Shown in pieces: positions 10,413 to 21,400 of a stretch of 64,000 nucleotides of DNA. Source of the stretch: Alphaproteobacteria bacterium (lineage in GTDB: Bacteria > Pseudomonadota > Alphaproteobacteria > SP197); the NCBI GenBank assembly GCA_965228895.1, contig OZ245842.1, positions 992,001-1,056,000 of the forward strand, read 5' to 3'. The translations under genes were made by a program, and so were the position numbers. The notes below the pieces were generated by a model that worked only from the letters and a program-made list of their open reading frames with translations, did not search any database and was not told the origin of the DNA. Numbering within the stretch: the first letter of the stretch is position 1; every line of letters starts with the position of its first letter.

Positions 10413-12011
10413 ATGGCGAAACAGGATCTCAGCAGCTTGGCGGAGCTCAGCCCGTTCGAACTGAAAGACAAGCTCATCGCCATCGCCTCGTCGAGTGCCG
10501 ATCACATGATGCTGAACGCCGGACGCGGCAATCCGAACTTCTTGGCGACCCTGCCGCGCCGGGCCTTTCTGCGTCTGGGCGAGTTCGCCATGCACGAGGC
10601 CGAACGCTCCTACGCTTACTTGGACAGTGGCTTTGGCGGCCTGCCAGAGCGTGACGGCATTGTCGAACGGTTCGAGATCTATGCGGAGCATCACGCGGAA
10701 GCGCATGGTGTCGGTTTTGTCCATGCGGCGATGACCTACGTGAAGGATCAGCTCGGTATTGCCCGTGACGACTTCCTGCTCGAAATGGTCGCGGCGTTCC
10801 TGGGCTGCAACTACCCGGTGCCGCCGCGCATGCTGGAGAATACCGAGAAAATCGTGAAGGCCTACTTGGCTGAGGAAATGTACGGGGCAACGCCACGGGG
10901 CGGTGACTTTTCGCTGTTCGCGACGGAAGGCGGCACGGCGGCGATGACCTACGTTTTTCAGACGCTCAGAGTCAACGGCATGATCCACCCCGGCGACAAG
11001 ATCGCCCTGGGGACGCCGATCTTTTCGCCCTATCTCGAGATACCGCCCCTGCCGGACTACGACATGGAGATCATCGATGTCCGAATGGATGAGGCGTCGG
11101 ATTGGCAGTTTCCGGCTTCCGAACTCGAGAAATTGAAAGACCCGGACATCAAGGCGCTTTGCGTCGTCAATCCCAGCAACCCGCCTTCGACAAAAATGGC
11201 GGACGACACGCTCGCCGCACTCGCCCAGGTGATTGAAAACGACCGGCGCGATCTCATGATCATCACCGACGATGTCTACGGCACCTTTGCCGACGACTTC
11301 GTCTCGCTGTTTGCCGTATGCCCGCGCAACACGATGCTGGTCTATTCGTTCTCAAAGTACTTCGGCGCCACAGGCTGGCGTTTGGGCGCCATGGCCCTGC
11401 ATGACGACAACGTCTTCGATGATGCCCTTGGTGCCCTTCCGGAGAACGTGAAGGCCGGGCTCGACAAACGGTATTCCAGCCTGACGACAACGCCGCGCGA
11501 GGTCCGCTTCATTGATCGGCTGGTTGCCGACAGCCGCGCCGTCGCGCTCAACCACACAGCCGGCCTTTCAACACCGCAGCAGCTTCAGATGGCGCTGTTC
11601 GCGTTGCACGGATTGATGGACCGGGATCATCGCTACAAGGATGCCGCCAAACACTTGATCCGTGACCGCTATCGCACGCTGTGCCTGCATATCGGGATTG
11701 AAGCCGTGCACGGCCCCAACGAGGTCGACTATTACAGCCTGATCGATCTTCAGGTCTTGGCCGGCCAGCTCTACGGCGCTGACTTCGCGGCCTGGTTTAC
11801 TGACGGCAACAAAGGCACGGACTTTCTGTTCCGTTTGGCCGACAAGACCGGCGTTGTTCTGTTGCCGGGCAAAGGTTTCGAGGTTGTCGACGCGTCGGCT
11901 CGTGTCTCGCTTGCCAACCTGACCGAGGCCGACTATGCAGCGATCGGCGAGTTCACCCGCCAAGTTCTGGATAGCTACTACGACGACTTCAAGAGGGAGA
12001 AAGGCGATTAG
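10413..12011 (+). CDS. aspD: L-aspartate 4-decarboxylase (PLP-dependent)
   Basis: LSPFELKDKLI, MLNAGRGNPN, FATEGGTAAM, VNPSNPPS, ITDDVYGTF, PLP lysine in YSFSKYFGATGWRLG, LNHTAGLSTPQQ. Confidence 0.95.
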   Translation: MAKQDLSSLAELSPFELKDKLIAIASSSADHMMLNAGRGNPNFLATLPRRAFLRLGEFAMHEAERSYAYLDSGFGGLPERDGIVERFEIYAEHHAEAHGVGFVHAAMTYVKDQLGIARDDFLLEMVAAFLGCNYPVPPRMLENTEKIVKAYLAEEMYGATPRGGDFSLFATEGGTAAMTYVFQTLRVNGMIHPGDKIALGTPIFSPYLEIPPLPDYDMEIIDVRMDEASDWQFPASELEKLKDPDIKALCVVNPSNPPSTKMADDTLAALAQVIENDRRDLMIITDDVYGTFADDFVSLFAVCPRNTMLVYSFSKYFGATGWRLGAMALHDDNVFDDALGALPENVKAGLDKRYSSLTTTPREVRFIDRLVADSRAVALNHTAGLSTPQQLQMALFALHGLMDRDHRYKDAAKHLIRDRYRTLCLHIGIEAVHGPNEVDYYSLIDLQVLAGQLYGADFAAWFTDGNKGTDFLFRLADKTGVVLLPGKGFEVVDASARVSLANLTEADYAAIGEFTRQVLDSYYDDFKREKGD

Positions 12012-12029
12012 ATCCGTCTTGCTGATGGG

Positions 12030-12878
12030 ATGAACCTGAAAAGAAGGTCGGTCCGGACATCCGATGGCGTGGCATTGAGCTATCTGACGGGCGGCAGCGG
12101 ACAGCCGCTCATCATGCTGTGCGGCTGGTCCCAGGCCGCCACCATCTTCCAGCATCAGTTTGACGCTTTGAGCGCCGCCGCCCGCGTTTTCGTGGTCGAT
12201 TCCCGCGGTCACGGTGAATCGGAAAAACCGGAAAGCGGTTACCGTATAGGGCGTTTGGCCAAGGACTTGTTCGATCTTATCGTCGCTCTCGACCTCGATC
12301 GGCCCGATATCATGGCTCATTCGCTCTCGGCTTCGGTGACATGGTCTTATCTGTTGATGTTCGGTACCGATCGTCCGCCGCGCCGGCTGATCTTCGTCGA
12401 CGAGCCCAGCGCCTTGCTGGCGCGACCGCACTGGAGCGAGGCCGAGAGGGACGAGGCCGGTGCGATTATCCCGTCTCTCGAAGCCCTCGGCGACTTCTGT
12501 ACGAACGTTCGTGCCTGCGATACGCCAGAGCGTCAGGCCGACCTGTTGCGCGGCATGTTCACCGCGGCGGTGTCGGAAGATGATCTGCTCGCCATCGCCC
12601 GGGAGAATCTGAAACTCCCGCGCCGGCATGCGGCCACGCTTCTGGAAGATAACTGCATCCAGAGCTGGCAGAGCCTGATCCCGACCATCATGCAACCGAC
12701 CCTTGTGTTTGCCGGCGAGGCCAGTGTTCATCCGGTCGCCAGCCAACGCTGGATCGCCGAGTCGGTTCACGATGGTCAGCTGGCGGCGATTCCGGCGAGC
12801 GAAGGCGGCAGTCATTTCATGTTTTTTGAGGATCCCGAGCGGTTCAACGAGCGTGTGGTTCAGTTTCTGACGACCTAG
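12030..12878 (+). CDS. Alpha/beta hydrolase fold protein
   Basis: DSRGHGES, variant nucleophile elbow AHSLS, C-terminal GSHFMFFEDPERFN. Confidence 0.85.
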   Translation: MNLKRRSVRTSDGVALSYLTGGSGQPLIMLCGWSQAATIFQHQFDALSAAARVFVVDSRGHGESEKPESGYRIGRLAKDLFDLIVALDLDRPDIMAHSLSASVTWSYLLMFGTDRPPRRLIFVDEPSALLARPHWSEAERDEAGAIIPSLEALGDFCTNVRACDTPERQADLLRGMFTAAVSEDDLLAIARENLKLPRRHAATLLEDNCIQSWQSLIPTIMQPTLVFAGEASVHPVASQRWIAESVHDGQLAAIPASEGGSHFMFFEDPERFNERVVQFLTT

Positions 12879-12967
12879 CCGCTACATCGGTTCACTAACG
12901 GACCGTTGTTGTGAGCGCTCGATTGCTGCGGCAGACTGCCGCCATGACACGCTACCATGATTGAGCG

Positions 12968-15541
12968 ATGGATAAGGCGCTTCAGGCCTTGTTTGCCGCG
13001 GTGTTTGACGACAGTCGCGATCCCCTGGCCGTTCGGCACGGGTCGGTCGACGGCGACTTGGACTATGCCAACACCGCATACCGGGAAAAGCGTGAGACGG
13101 CCGGTAAGGCGAATGATGAAGCGGCCGACAGCCCGGCCATCGTGACGATCGGTGGCGCAACCGCCAGAGACTCGTTGAATGTTATCGTCGAGCGCTCTGG
13201 TGGCTTGGCACCCCGTCCATCGCAAGATGCCCTGGCTGCAATTGGGCCGGTCCTCGATTCAATTGCCAACGGCATCGTCATCCACAGTTGCTTCCGGCCG
13301 TTGTTCATGAATCGTGCGGCCCGGGCCATGCTCGACCTGGACGGAACCCATGCGGCGGTCGAAGAACCGACATTGCTGCGTTTCGCGACGTTCGAAGACC
13401 TTCCCCGTTTGCTGGAACGCCATGTTGCAGCGTTGGACGACAATCCTCTTGCGCCACAGACTGTCGGCTTCAACAGCGCAGGTGGTGAGGCGCGGTGGCT
13501 GGAGATTAGCGAGTCCAAGGTCCCTATTGGTGACTGCGACGCGGTCATCATGACGCTTGTCGATGCCAGCGATTTGGTGCGCGCCGGCAAGCGAGAAGTG
13601 TTGTTGCGAGAGGCGATTGACAATCTCTCCGACAGTTTTGTGCTCTACGATGCCGATGAAAGGGTGGTCCTGACCAACCAACGCTTTCACGAGGTCTTTC
13701 CCTACCTGCCGGGCCAGGGCAACATCGTCGGCGCCAACATGGTCGACTTGGTGCGCAGCAGTGTCGAGCAAGGTGCGGTAACCGACCCCACGTTTGCGGA
13801 AAAAGACACCGATACCTGGATTGAGGATTTCATCAATCTCAGACGCCGGGCGAAACTCGCATTGTCCGAAGACACGTGGCCGGACGGCCGGTGGGATCTG
13901 GTCAAGGAGCAACGCCTGGATTCCGGCGGGTTCGTCTCGGTGCGTACCGACATCACCGAACGCAAACGGGTCGAGTTTGCGCTGAAGGACCAGGAAGCGC
14001 GTCTCAACGACGAACTCGCCGAGCGCAGCAAGCATCTCTCGGCGGTCCTCTCGAATGTCGCCCAGGGTGTTCTCGTCTTGTCGCCCGAACTTGAGGTCAT
14101 CCTCACCAATCAGGGTTTTCACGACTTACTCGACTGCCCGCTGGATTTCAGCACGCCCGGGACACCTGTTGCCGATCTGATCGAAGACCGCATTCGCCGC
14201 GGCTATCTCTATCCCAAGGAACATCAGGAAGGGCGTGACGTTGCCGACCTCGTGGCGGAGCGTATTGAGAGCTATTTCTTCGTGAGCGGCCAGGAATATC
14301 ATCAGCTTGACATTGGTGGCCGTACGATCGAGGCCCGTCGTGACCGGCTCTCTGACGGCAGCTTTATCGTCACCTACACGGACGTTTCCGATCGCGTGCG
14401 CGCCGAACAAGAAGTCGAACGCCAGCGTGAAGCGCTTTACCAAAGCGAGAAGCTGTCGGCGTTGGGCATGCTCCTGGCGGGCGTCGCCCACGAGCTGAAT
14501 AATCCGCTGCAGGTCGTGCTGGGCCACGCAGCCTTGTTGGAAAGCGACGCCGCCGACACCGACATGGGCAAACGCGCGAGCACGATTTTGGGCGCTGCCG
14601 AACGCTGTGCCAGGATCATCAAGACCTTCCTGGCGATGGCGCGCGATACACCGGCGTCGCGCCGGCCGGTCCAAGTCAACCAGTTGATCGACCACGCGCT
14701 TGAACTGATGGGTCACCAGCTGAGCCTGAACAACATCAGAATTGATCTCAACCTATCGCCCGGCCTGCCAGATGTCGTCGGTGATCCCGATCAACTCAAC
14801 CAGGTCATCGTCAATCTGCTGATCAACGCCATGCAGGCCATGGAGACGGCCGACGATCCCAAGGTTGTTGTTGTTGAAACACGCCTGGACGCCGTGTCGA
14901 AAGCGGTCGAGCTGGCCGTCGCGGATTCAGGCAGCGGTGTGCCTGATGAGATCAAGACACGGATCTTCGATCCCTTCTTCACCACCAAACCGACGGGCGT
15001 TGGCACCGGCGTCGGGCTGGCCGTGTGCCATGGCATGGTGGTGGCCCACGGCGGCACGATCAGTGTCGAGGATGCTGCTGACGGTGGAGCGAGGTTCTGT
15101 GTCAAGCTCCCCTATCAGTGGGCTTCGGGCGCTGTCGAGCCCATTGCGGATGCTCCATCCGATGCGATCCGGGGCAAGCGGGTGCTGATCATCGATGATG
15201 AAGCCGATATTCGCGATCTGTTGGGCGATATCTTGCAGTCTCTGGACCTGAAAATAGACGATGTGGCCGATGGCCGCGACGCGTTGGACCGTCTGGATGC
15301 CGACGACTACGACCTCATCATCTGCGATCTTTGGATGCCCGACTTGGATGGCAAAGCGGTTTACGCGGAAATGGAGCGGCGGGTTCCCCATCTACTCGAT
15401 CGTCTGATTTTTGTTACCGGCGACCTCTTGAGCCAGCCTACCGATGCTTTCCTGGCCAAAACCGGTCGGCCCTATCTGACCAAACCCTTTTTGCCGGGGC
15501 AGGTCCGCAGTACTGTCGCCGACCTGCTTGCTGATCCCTGA
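12968..15541 (+). CDS. PAS-domain hybrid sensor histidine kinase (HK1)
   Basis: Several PAS folds; H-box [11 protein letters not shown]-box NLLINA, G/F boxes DSGSG, IFDPFFTTK, GTGVGL; C-terminal receiver (IIDDE, ICDLWMP, TKPF). No TM segment seen. Confidence 0.93.
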   Translation: MDKALQALFAAVFDDSRDPLAVRHGSVDGDLDYANTAYREKRETAGKANDEAADSPAIVTIGGATARDSLNVIVERSGGLAPRPSQDALAAIGPVLDSIANGIVIHSCFRPLFMNRAARAMLDLDGTHAAVEEPTLLRFATFEDLPRLLERHVAALDDNPLAPQTVGFNSAGGEARWLEISESKVPIGDCDAVIMTLVDASDLVRAGKREVLLREAIDNLSDSFVLYDADERVVLTNQRFHEVFPYLPGQGNIVGANMVDLVRSSVEQGAVTDPTFAEKDTDTWIEDFINLRRRAKLALSEDTWPDGRWDLVKEQRLDSGGFVSVRTDITERKRVEFALKDQEARLNDELAERSKHLSAVLSNVAQGVLVLSPELEVILTNQGFHDLLDCPLDFSTPGTPVADLIEDRIRRGYLYPKEHQEGRDVADLVAERIESYFFVSGQEYHQLDIGGRTIEARRDRLSDGSFIVTYTDVSDRVRAEQEVERQREALYQSEKLSALGMLLAGVAHELNNPLQVVLGHAALLESDAADTDMGKRASTILGAAERCARIIKTFLAMARDTPASRRPVQVNQLIDHALELMGHQLSLNNIRIDLNLSPGLPDVVGDPDQLNQVIVNLLINAMQAMETADDPKVVVVETRLDAVSKAVELAVADSGSGVPDEIKTRIFDPFFTTKPTGVGTGVGLAVCHGMVVAHGGTISVEDAADGGARFCVKLPYQWASGAVEPIADAPSDAIRGKRVLIIDDEADIRDLLGDILQSLDLKIDDVADGRDALDRLDADDYDLIICDLWMPDLDGKAVYAEMERRVPHLLDRLIFVTGDLLSQPTDAFLAKTGRPYLTKPFLPGQVRSTVADLLADP

Positions 15542-15727
15542 GATCGTCGGCAACATATTCAAATCGTTGAGTTTTATGGATCACCGCGACACTTTGATGC
15601 ACACTGTGCACCACGATTGATGCGGCAGGTTCTATGCGAGCAATCCCCCTTACGTCGCCGACTCGCCGGTCAGGCCCTTGCCTGACGCGCCCGAATGCGG
15701 ATTGTTGGTGCGTTCGGCGGTGACCCC

Positions 15728-17311
15728 ATGACCGTTCACAGTTCGGTTGTTGCCGGATCGCGCCAGCCCTGGCGGTGTCTCTTTGCCATTTTGGTTGGTG
15801 GTGCCGTGTTAGCGGCGTGCGCGCCGGTCGGGCCTGACTTTGTCGAGCCGCAGGCGGCGGTCGAAGCCGACTGGACCGAGCCGGCGCCACTGGTTGTGGG
15901 GCAGGGTGCGCAGCCGGATCCGCGATGGTGGACCACCTTCAACGACCCCGTGCTCACCCAATTGGTCGAGGTCGCGCAGCGCAACAACCCGACCTTGCAG
16001 GCCGCCGGCGTTGCCGTGCTGCAGGCGCGCGCCCAACTTGGCATCGCACAGGGTCAAATCTATCCCCAGCAGCAGGAGCTCCGGGGCAAAGTCGAGTACG
16101 CTCGTCTCGATGACGATACGTTCCAGCGGTTCAACTTTCCCGAACAGAACCTGGCAATCGATCAGATAGCGATTCAGGCCGCCTGGGAGATCGACTTCTG
16201 GGGCAAGTTCCGGCGTGCCATTGAATCCGACCAAGCGGCTCTGGAATCGTCGATCGCGGCCTATGACGATGCGCTGGTGTCGCTGACCGCGGATGTCGCG
16301 AACTCCTACATCAACATACGCGTCCTTCAGGAGCGGCTTGTGGTCGCCTGGTCCAATGTGGTGACCCAGGAAGAAAATCTCAGGATTGCGCGGGTTCGCT
16401 TCAAGTATGGTGAGACGAGTCAGCTCGACGTCTTGCAGGCCGAGACCCAATTGGCCCAGACGCAGGCGCAAATCCCGGAATTCGAGAACAGCCTGGCACA
16501 GGCGAAGTATGCCCTGGCGGTTCAACTGGGCCTTGTCCCCGATGCGATCGATGCCTTCCTCGCGCCGGCCGAGTGGCTCCCAGTGGTGCCGGATGTGGTG
16601 GGTGTGGGCATCCCGCGCGATCTCTTGCGTCGGCGCCCGGACATACGCGAGGCCGAAGCGGCAGCAGCCGCTCAGTCGGCCGCCATCGGCGTTGCGGAGG
16701 CAGCGCTCTATCCGTCGTTTTCTTTGGCCGGATCGTTCGGTTTTGGCTCCAGCAATGTGCTGAATTCGTCGCTGACCGATATCTTTCGATGGGATAGCCG
16801 CGCGTTGAACGCCGGCGCCTCGTTCGTTTTCCCCATCTTCAACTATGGCCGGTTGATCAACCAGGTCAGGGTCCAGGATGCCGCGTTTCAGCAGTCGGTG
16901 CTGAACTATCAAAACGTTGTTTTGACCGCACAGCAGGAAGTCGAAGACGGCTTGGCATCGTTGTCGACGTCGAAAGTTGCAGCCGCCGTCCTGTCCGAGG
17001 CGGTCGGTGCTGCCGGTCGGTCGACGGAGTTGTCGATGGTGCAGTACAAGTCCGGCGAGACCGACTACACGACCGTGTTGAACGCCGCGGATGCCCAACT
17101 CGCGGTCGAGGACTCGCTGGTCGTGGCCAAGGGCAACGAGTTGCTGAGTGTTGTCGCCATCTATCGGGCGCTCGGCGGTGGTTGGCAGGTGCGCGAGGCA
17201 ACGGGCTTTGTGTCAGGCGACGTGGTTGACGAGATGGAGCAGCGTACGGATTGGGGCGGCATGATCGACGAGGTCAACAATCCGGACCTCAACACCGATG
17301 AAGTCGAGTAG
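15728..17311 (+). CDS. RND efflux outer-membrane factor lipoprotein (NodT/OprM type)
   Basis: Lipobox LAAC-APVGPDF, WWTTFNDPVL, WEIDFWGKFRR, LLRRRPDIREAE, YRALGGGW. Start uncertain (15695 or 15728). Confidence 0.92.
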   Translation: MTVHSSVVAGSRQPWRCLFAILVGGAVLAACAPVGPDFVEPQAAVEADWTEPAPLVVGQGAQPDPRWWTTFNDPVLTQLVEVAQRNNPTLQAAGVAVLQARAQLGIAQGQIYPQQQELRGKVEYARLDDDTFQRFNFPEQNLAIDQIAIQAAWEIDFWGKFRRAIESDQAALESSIAAYDDALVSLTADVANSYINIRVLQERLVVAWSNVVTQEENLRIARVRFKYGETSQLDVLQAETQLAQTQAQIPEFENSLAQAKYALAVQLGLVPDAIDAFLAPAEWLPVVPDVVGVGIPRDLLRRRPDIREAEAAAAAQSAAIGVAEAALYPSFSLAGSFGFGSSNVLNSSLTDIFRWDSRALNAGASFVFPIFNYGRLINQVRVQDAAFQQSVLNYQNVVLTAQQEVEDGLASLSTSKVAAAVLSEAVGAAGRSTELSMVQYKSGETDYTTVLNAADAQLAVEDSLVVAKGNELLSVVAIYRALGGGWQVREATGFVSGDVVDEMEQRTDWGGMIDEVNNPDLNTDEVE

Positions 17312-17321
17312 GGTAGGGCCG

Positions 17322-18476
17322 ATGTTCTGTCGAAATGCGTTCCATCCATGGCTCTGGTCGAAAGCCCTATCGATCCTGTTGGCCGCCGGGATTGTAGGTT
17401 GGATGCTGCCGGCGCCGTCGGCGGCCCAAGATCAATCCCAAAATCAACAAAGTCTGCCCAAGGTCACGGTCGCGCTACCGACGACCATGGAGATCGCTGA
17501 CGCCATCACCTTCACCGGCACGGTGGCGGCTTCGCAGTCGGTTGATCTTGTGGCCCGTGTCGAAGGCTATCTTGAACAGGTGTATTTCGAAGACGGCTCG
17601 TTCGTCGACGAGGGCCAACTGCTGTTTACGATCGAGCCCGATCAGTATGAACAGAACCTTCTGTTGAATCTCGCGGCCCTGCGCAGCGCCGAGCAGGAAT
17701 ATGAGCGCCAGCAGGCCATGATTGCCGAAAACGCCACATCGGTTGCGTCGCTCGAGAACGCACAGTCTCAGCGCGATCAAGCCGCCGCACAGGTGCGGTT
17801 GTCGGAGATCACCCTGGGCTACACCATCGTCAGTGCGCCGTTCAGCGGACGGATCGGCCCGCGCCTTGTCGATCCCGGTAATTTGGTAGGCGCGGCGGGA
17901 AATCCCACCGTGATCGCGACCTTGGACCGGCTTCAGCCGATCTATGTCAATTTCAACCTGAACGAACGCGACGCTCTCATGGTCCGCGACATGGTGCGCC
18001 AGGAAACCGACGCTGTAACGCCCGGTGTCGGCGTCGCGCCGGTCTATATCGGTCTGACCAACGAGACCGGTTATCCCCATGAGGGCACACTCGATTTTGT
18101 CAGCAGCACGGTCGACGCCTCGACCGGCACGATCCAGATGCGTGCGATCTTTCCCAACTACGATCGCCTGCTGTTCCCGGGCCTGTTCGTGCGGGTGCGT
18201 ATTCCGATCAGCCAGCCGAAGCCCACGCTCATGGTGCCCAATTTGGCTGTTGGCGAGGATCAGCAGGGCCGGTTTGTTCTGGTCGTCGGCAGCGATGACG
18301 TGGTCGAGCGCAAGGCGGTGGAAACCGGACCGCTGGAAGGCAGCCTGAGGGCAATCACCAGCGGCATTAGCGCCCAGGACCGTGTGGTGGTCAACGGTTT
18401 GGTCAATGCCAAGGTGGGCGCCAAGGTTGCACCTGAGGAGCAGCAAGCCTCCTCGACTACGGCCGAGACACAATAG
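17322..18476 (+). CDS. RND efflux periplasmic adaptor (membrane fusion protein)
   Basis: N-terminal signal/anchor, ARVEGYL...F.DG..V..GQLLF.I, YTIVSAPFSGRIG, VDASTGT, LFPGLFVRVR. Start uncertain (17298 or 17322). Confidence 0.92.
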   Translation: MFCRNAFHPWLWSKALSILLAAGIVGWMLPAPSAAQDQSQNQQSLPKVTVALPTTMEIADAITFTGTVAASQSVDLVARVEGYLEQVYFEDGSFVDEGQLLFTIEPDQYEQNLLLNLAALRSAEQEYERQQAMIAENATSVASLENAQSQRDQAAAQVRLSEITLGYTIVSAPFSGRIGPRLVDPGNLVGAAGNPTVIATLDRLQPIYVNFNLNERDALMVRDMVRQETDAVTPGVGVAPVYIGLTNETGYPHEGTLDFVSSTVDASTGTIQMRAIFPNYDRLLFPGLFVRVRIPISQPKPTLMVPNLAVGEDQQGRFVLVVGSDDVVERKAVETGPLEGSLRAITSGISAQDRVVVNGLVNAKVGAKVAPEEQQASSTTAETQ

Positions 18477-18491
18477 GTATCGTCGCCGATC

Positions 18492-21400
18492 ATGCTGTCA
18501 AAGTTCTTCATCGAGCGGCCGGTTCTTTCGAACGTCATCGCGCTGGTCATCCTTTTGATCGGTGGCGTATGCATCTTGACCCTACCGGTCGGCCAATACC
18601 CGCCGATTACGCCGCCGACCATTCAGGTCACAGCCTTCTACCCGGGTGCCAACGCCAAGATCGTGGTCGAGACGGTGGCGCTGCCGATCGAGGAGAAGGT
18701 CAACGGCATCCAGGACCTGCTCTATATGGAGTCGACCGCAACGAACGATGGCCGCTATGCCCTGGTGGTGACGTTCGAGGTCGGCACCGATCCCGACGAG
18801 GCGCAGGTTCTGGTGCAGAACCGGGTATCGGCCGCGCTTGCCAGCCTGCCCAGCGCAGTGCAGGAGCAGGGTGTCGTTACGGAGAAAAAGTCGACCTCGA
18901 TCCTGCAAATCGTGACGTTGACGTCGACCGACGACAAGTTTGACGCGCTCTTTCTGAGCAACTACGCGACCATCAACCTGCATGATGAACTTGCCCGGTT
19001 GACGGGTGTCGGTGACGTGCTGGTATTCGGCATCGGCGAATACAGCATGCGTATCTGGCTGAACCCGGAAGAGATGCTGGTCCGTTCGCTGACGCCCGCC
19101 GATGTGATCAGCGCCATTCAGCAGCAGAACCAGGAGGTATCGGCCGGCCAAACCGGTATGCCGCCGGTGCCGGAGGGCCAGGACTTTCAGATTACCGTGA
19201 ACTTGAATGGCGCCTTGACGGAGGTCGAAGAGTTCGAGGAGATCATCGTCAAGGCGGCTGATGACGCGGGCGGGCAGGTAACGCGCATCCGGGATATCGG
19301 ACGCGTCGAACTGGGCAGTCAGAATTATGGCCAGGCGTTCACCTTGAACAACAAGCCGGCGGCGGGCCTTGCCATATTCCAGTTGCCCGACGCCAATGCC
19401 CTGGATGCCGCCCAGGAAGTCAGGGACACCATGACACGGATGTCCGCGGACTTCCCCGAGGGTCTGGAATACGGCATTCCGTTTGACACGACGATCGTCG
19501 TCAAGCAGTCGATCAACGAAGTCTACATCACGCTGCTTGAGGCCGGCGTCCTGGTCTTGATCGTGATCGTTATCTTCCTGCAGGACTGGCGTGCCACCTT
19601 GGTGCCGACGACGACCGTGCCGATCACCATCGTCGGCGCCTTCGCGGCCATGGCCTTGATGGGTTTCAGCATCAACATTCTGACCTTGTTGGCCTTGGTG
19701 CTGTCGATCGGCATCGTTGTCGACGATGCGATTGTCGTTGTCGAAGGCGTCACCCAGGAGATCGAAAAGGACAAGAAGCCGAAGGTGGCCGCGGTCGATG
19801 CCATGCGCCAGCTGTTCGGGCCGATCATTGGCATCACGCTGGTTTTGATGTCGGTATTCTTGCCGGCAGCCTTCATGCCGGGCATTACCGGCCAGATGTT
19901 CCGCCAATTCGCGCTCGTCATCGCGGCGACGGCGCTGATCAGCGCGATCAACGCGATTACGCTGAAGCCGACACAGTGCGGCCAGTGGCTGCGTTCGGTT
20001 CCGAAGACGAAAAGAAAGTTCTTCGTGTTCCGCATCTTCGACTGGCTCTACAACCCGTTCGAACGTTGGTATGTCCGCCTGGTTGGCCGCATGGTCAACC
20101 ACAGTATCCTCATGTCGCTCATCGCCTTGACATTGGTCGGTCTGGCGTTCGTTGGACTGACACGTATTCCGACCGGTTTCATTCCGATCGAGGATGAAGG
20201 TTACGTGGTCGTCGCCGCCTACCTGCCGGATGGCGCTTCGCTGGAGCGCACGGAAGCGACGATGAAGGACATTTCCGATCTCTCGCTTAAGATCCCCGGC
20301 GTCGAGTATGCGGTCGCCATCAGCGGTATGTCGCTGCTGGAGAGCAGTGCCTCGCTCGCCAACGCCGGCGTCGCTTATCTTGTCTTGAAGGACTGGAGCG
20401 ACCGCGGCGATGGCGAAGACCTGCTATCGATCTACAACAACCTCAACGCCAAACTTAAAGACCTTCAGGAAGCCCATACCCTTGTCGTCATTCCGCCTCC
20501 GGTACCTGGCATAGGGCTATCCGGTGGCTTTGAGATGATGATCGAGGTGACCGACGGCAGTTTTGACTATCAAGAGCTGCAACAGGTGACGGATGCGATT
20601 GCCGCGGCTGCTTCGAGCCAACCCGAAGTGCGCAATGCCTTTTCAACCTTTAGCGCCCAGGCACCCCAGGTCAGCGTCATTGTCAACCGATCGCAGACCG
20701 AGGTCTTCGGTGTCGCTGTTGGTGATCTCTTCAGCACCCTGCAGGCCTATCTGGGTTCGGCCTATGTCGGCCAGTTCACCAAGTTCGGCCAGAACTTCTC
20801 GATCTTCGTTCAGGCCGATCAGCAGTACCGGCTGCAGACCGAGGACCTCAAGCAATTCTACGTTCGCAATCAAAACGGCGACATGGTGCCTGTCGGCGCT
20901 GTCGCGGATATTGAGTCCGCCCAGGGCCCCGGTGTTGTCACGCTCTATAACCTCTATCCGGCGGCCGAGGTCAACGGTATCGCCAACCAGGGCTATAGCT
21001 CCGGTGAGGCGATCACGCTGCTTGAGCAGATCGCCGACGAGAACCTGCCGTCGAACATGCGCTACGAGTGGACAGGCTTGTCCTATCAAGAACAACTGGT
21101 TGGTAACTCCTCTTACTTCATTTTCGCACTTGCCGTGACGCTTGTGTTCTTTGTTCTGGCCGGCCAGTACGAAAGCTGGGTGACACCGGGCAGCGTGCTG
21201 TTCGCGGTTCCGCTGGCGCTGTTGGGGACGGTCGCTGTGTTGTTGGGCATCGGCATTGCCAACAACCTCTATGTTCAGATCGGCCTGGTCTTGCTGATTG
21301 CGTTATCGGCCAAGAACGCGATTCTTATTGTCGAAGTCGCGCGTCATCTTCATGCGCAGGGCGTCGACGTGCGCGAAGCCGCCGTCAAGGCCGCCGAGAC

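Noticed and set aside
15587-15615. GACAC / CACAC / ACCAC repeats upstream of the RND operon as another regulon site
   Set aside because: Spacings are 12 and 10 bp and there is no GAAAC core, so it does not fit the 0/11/33/44 pattern.
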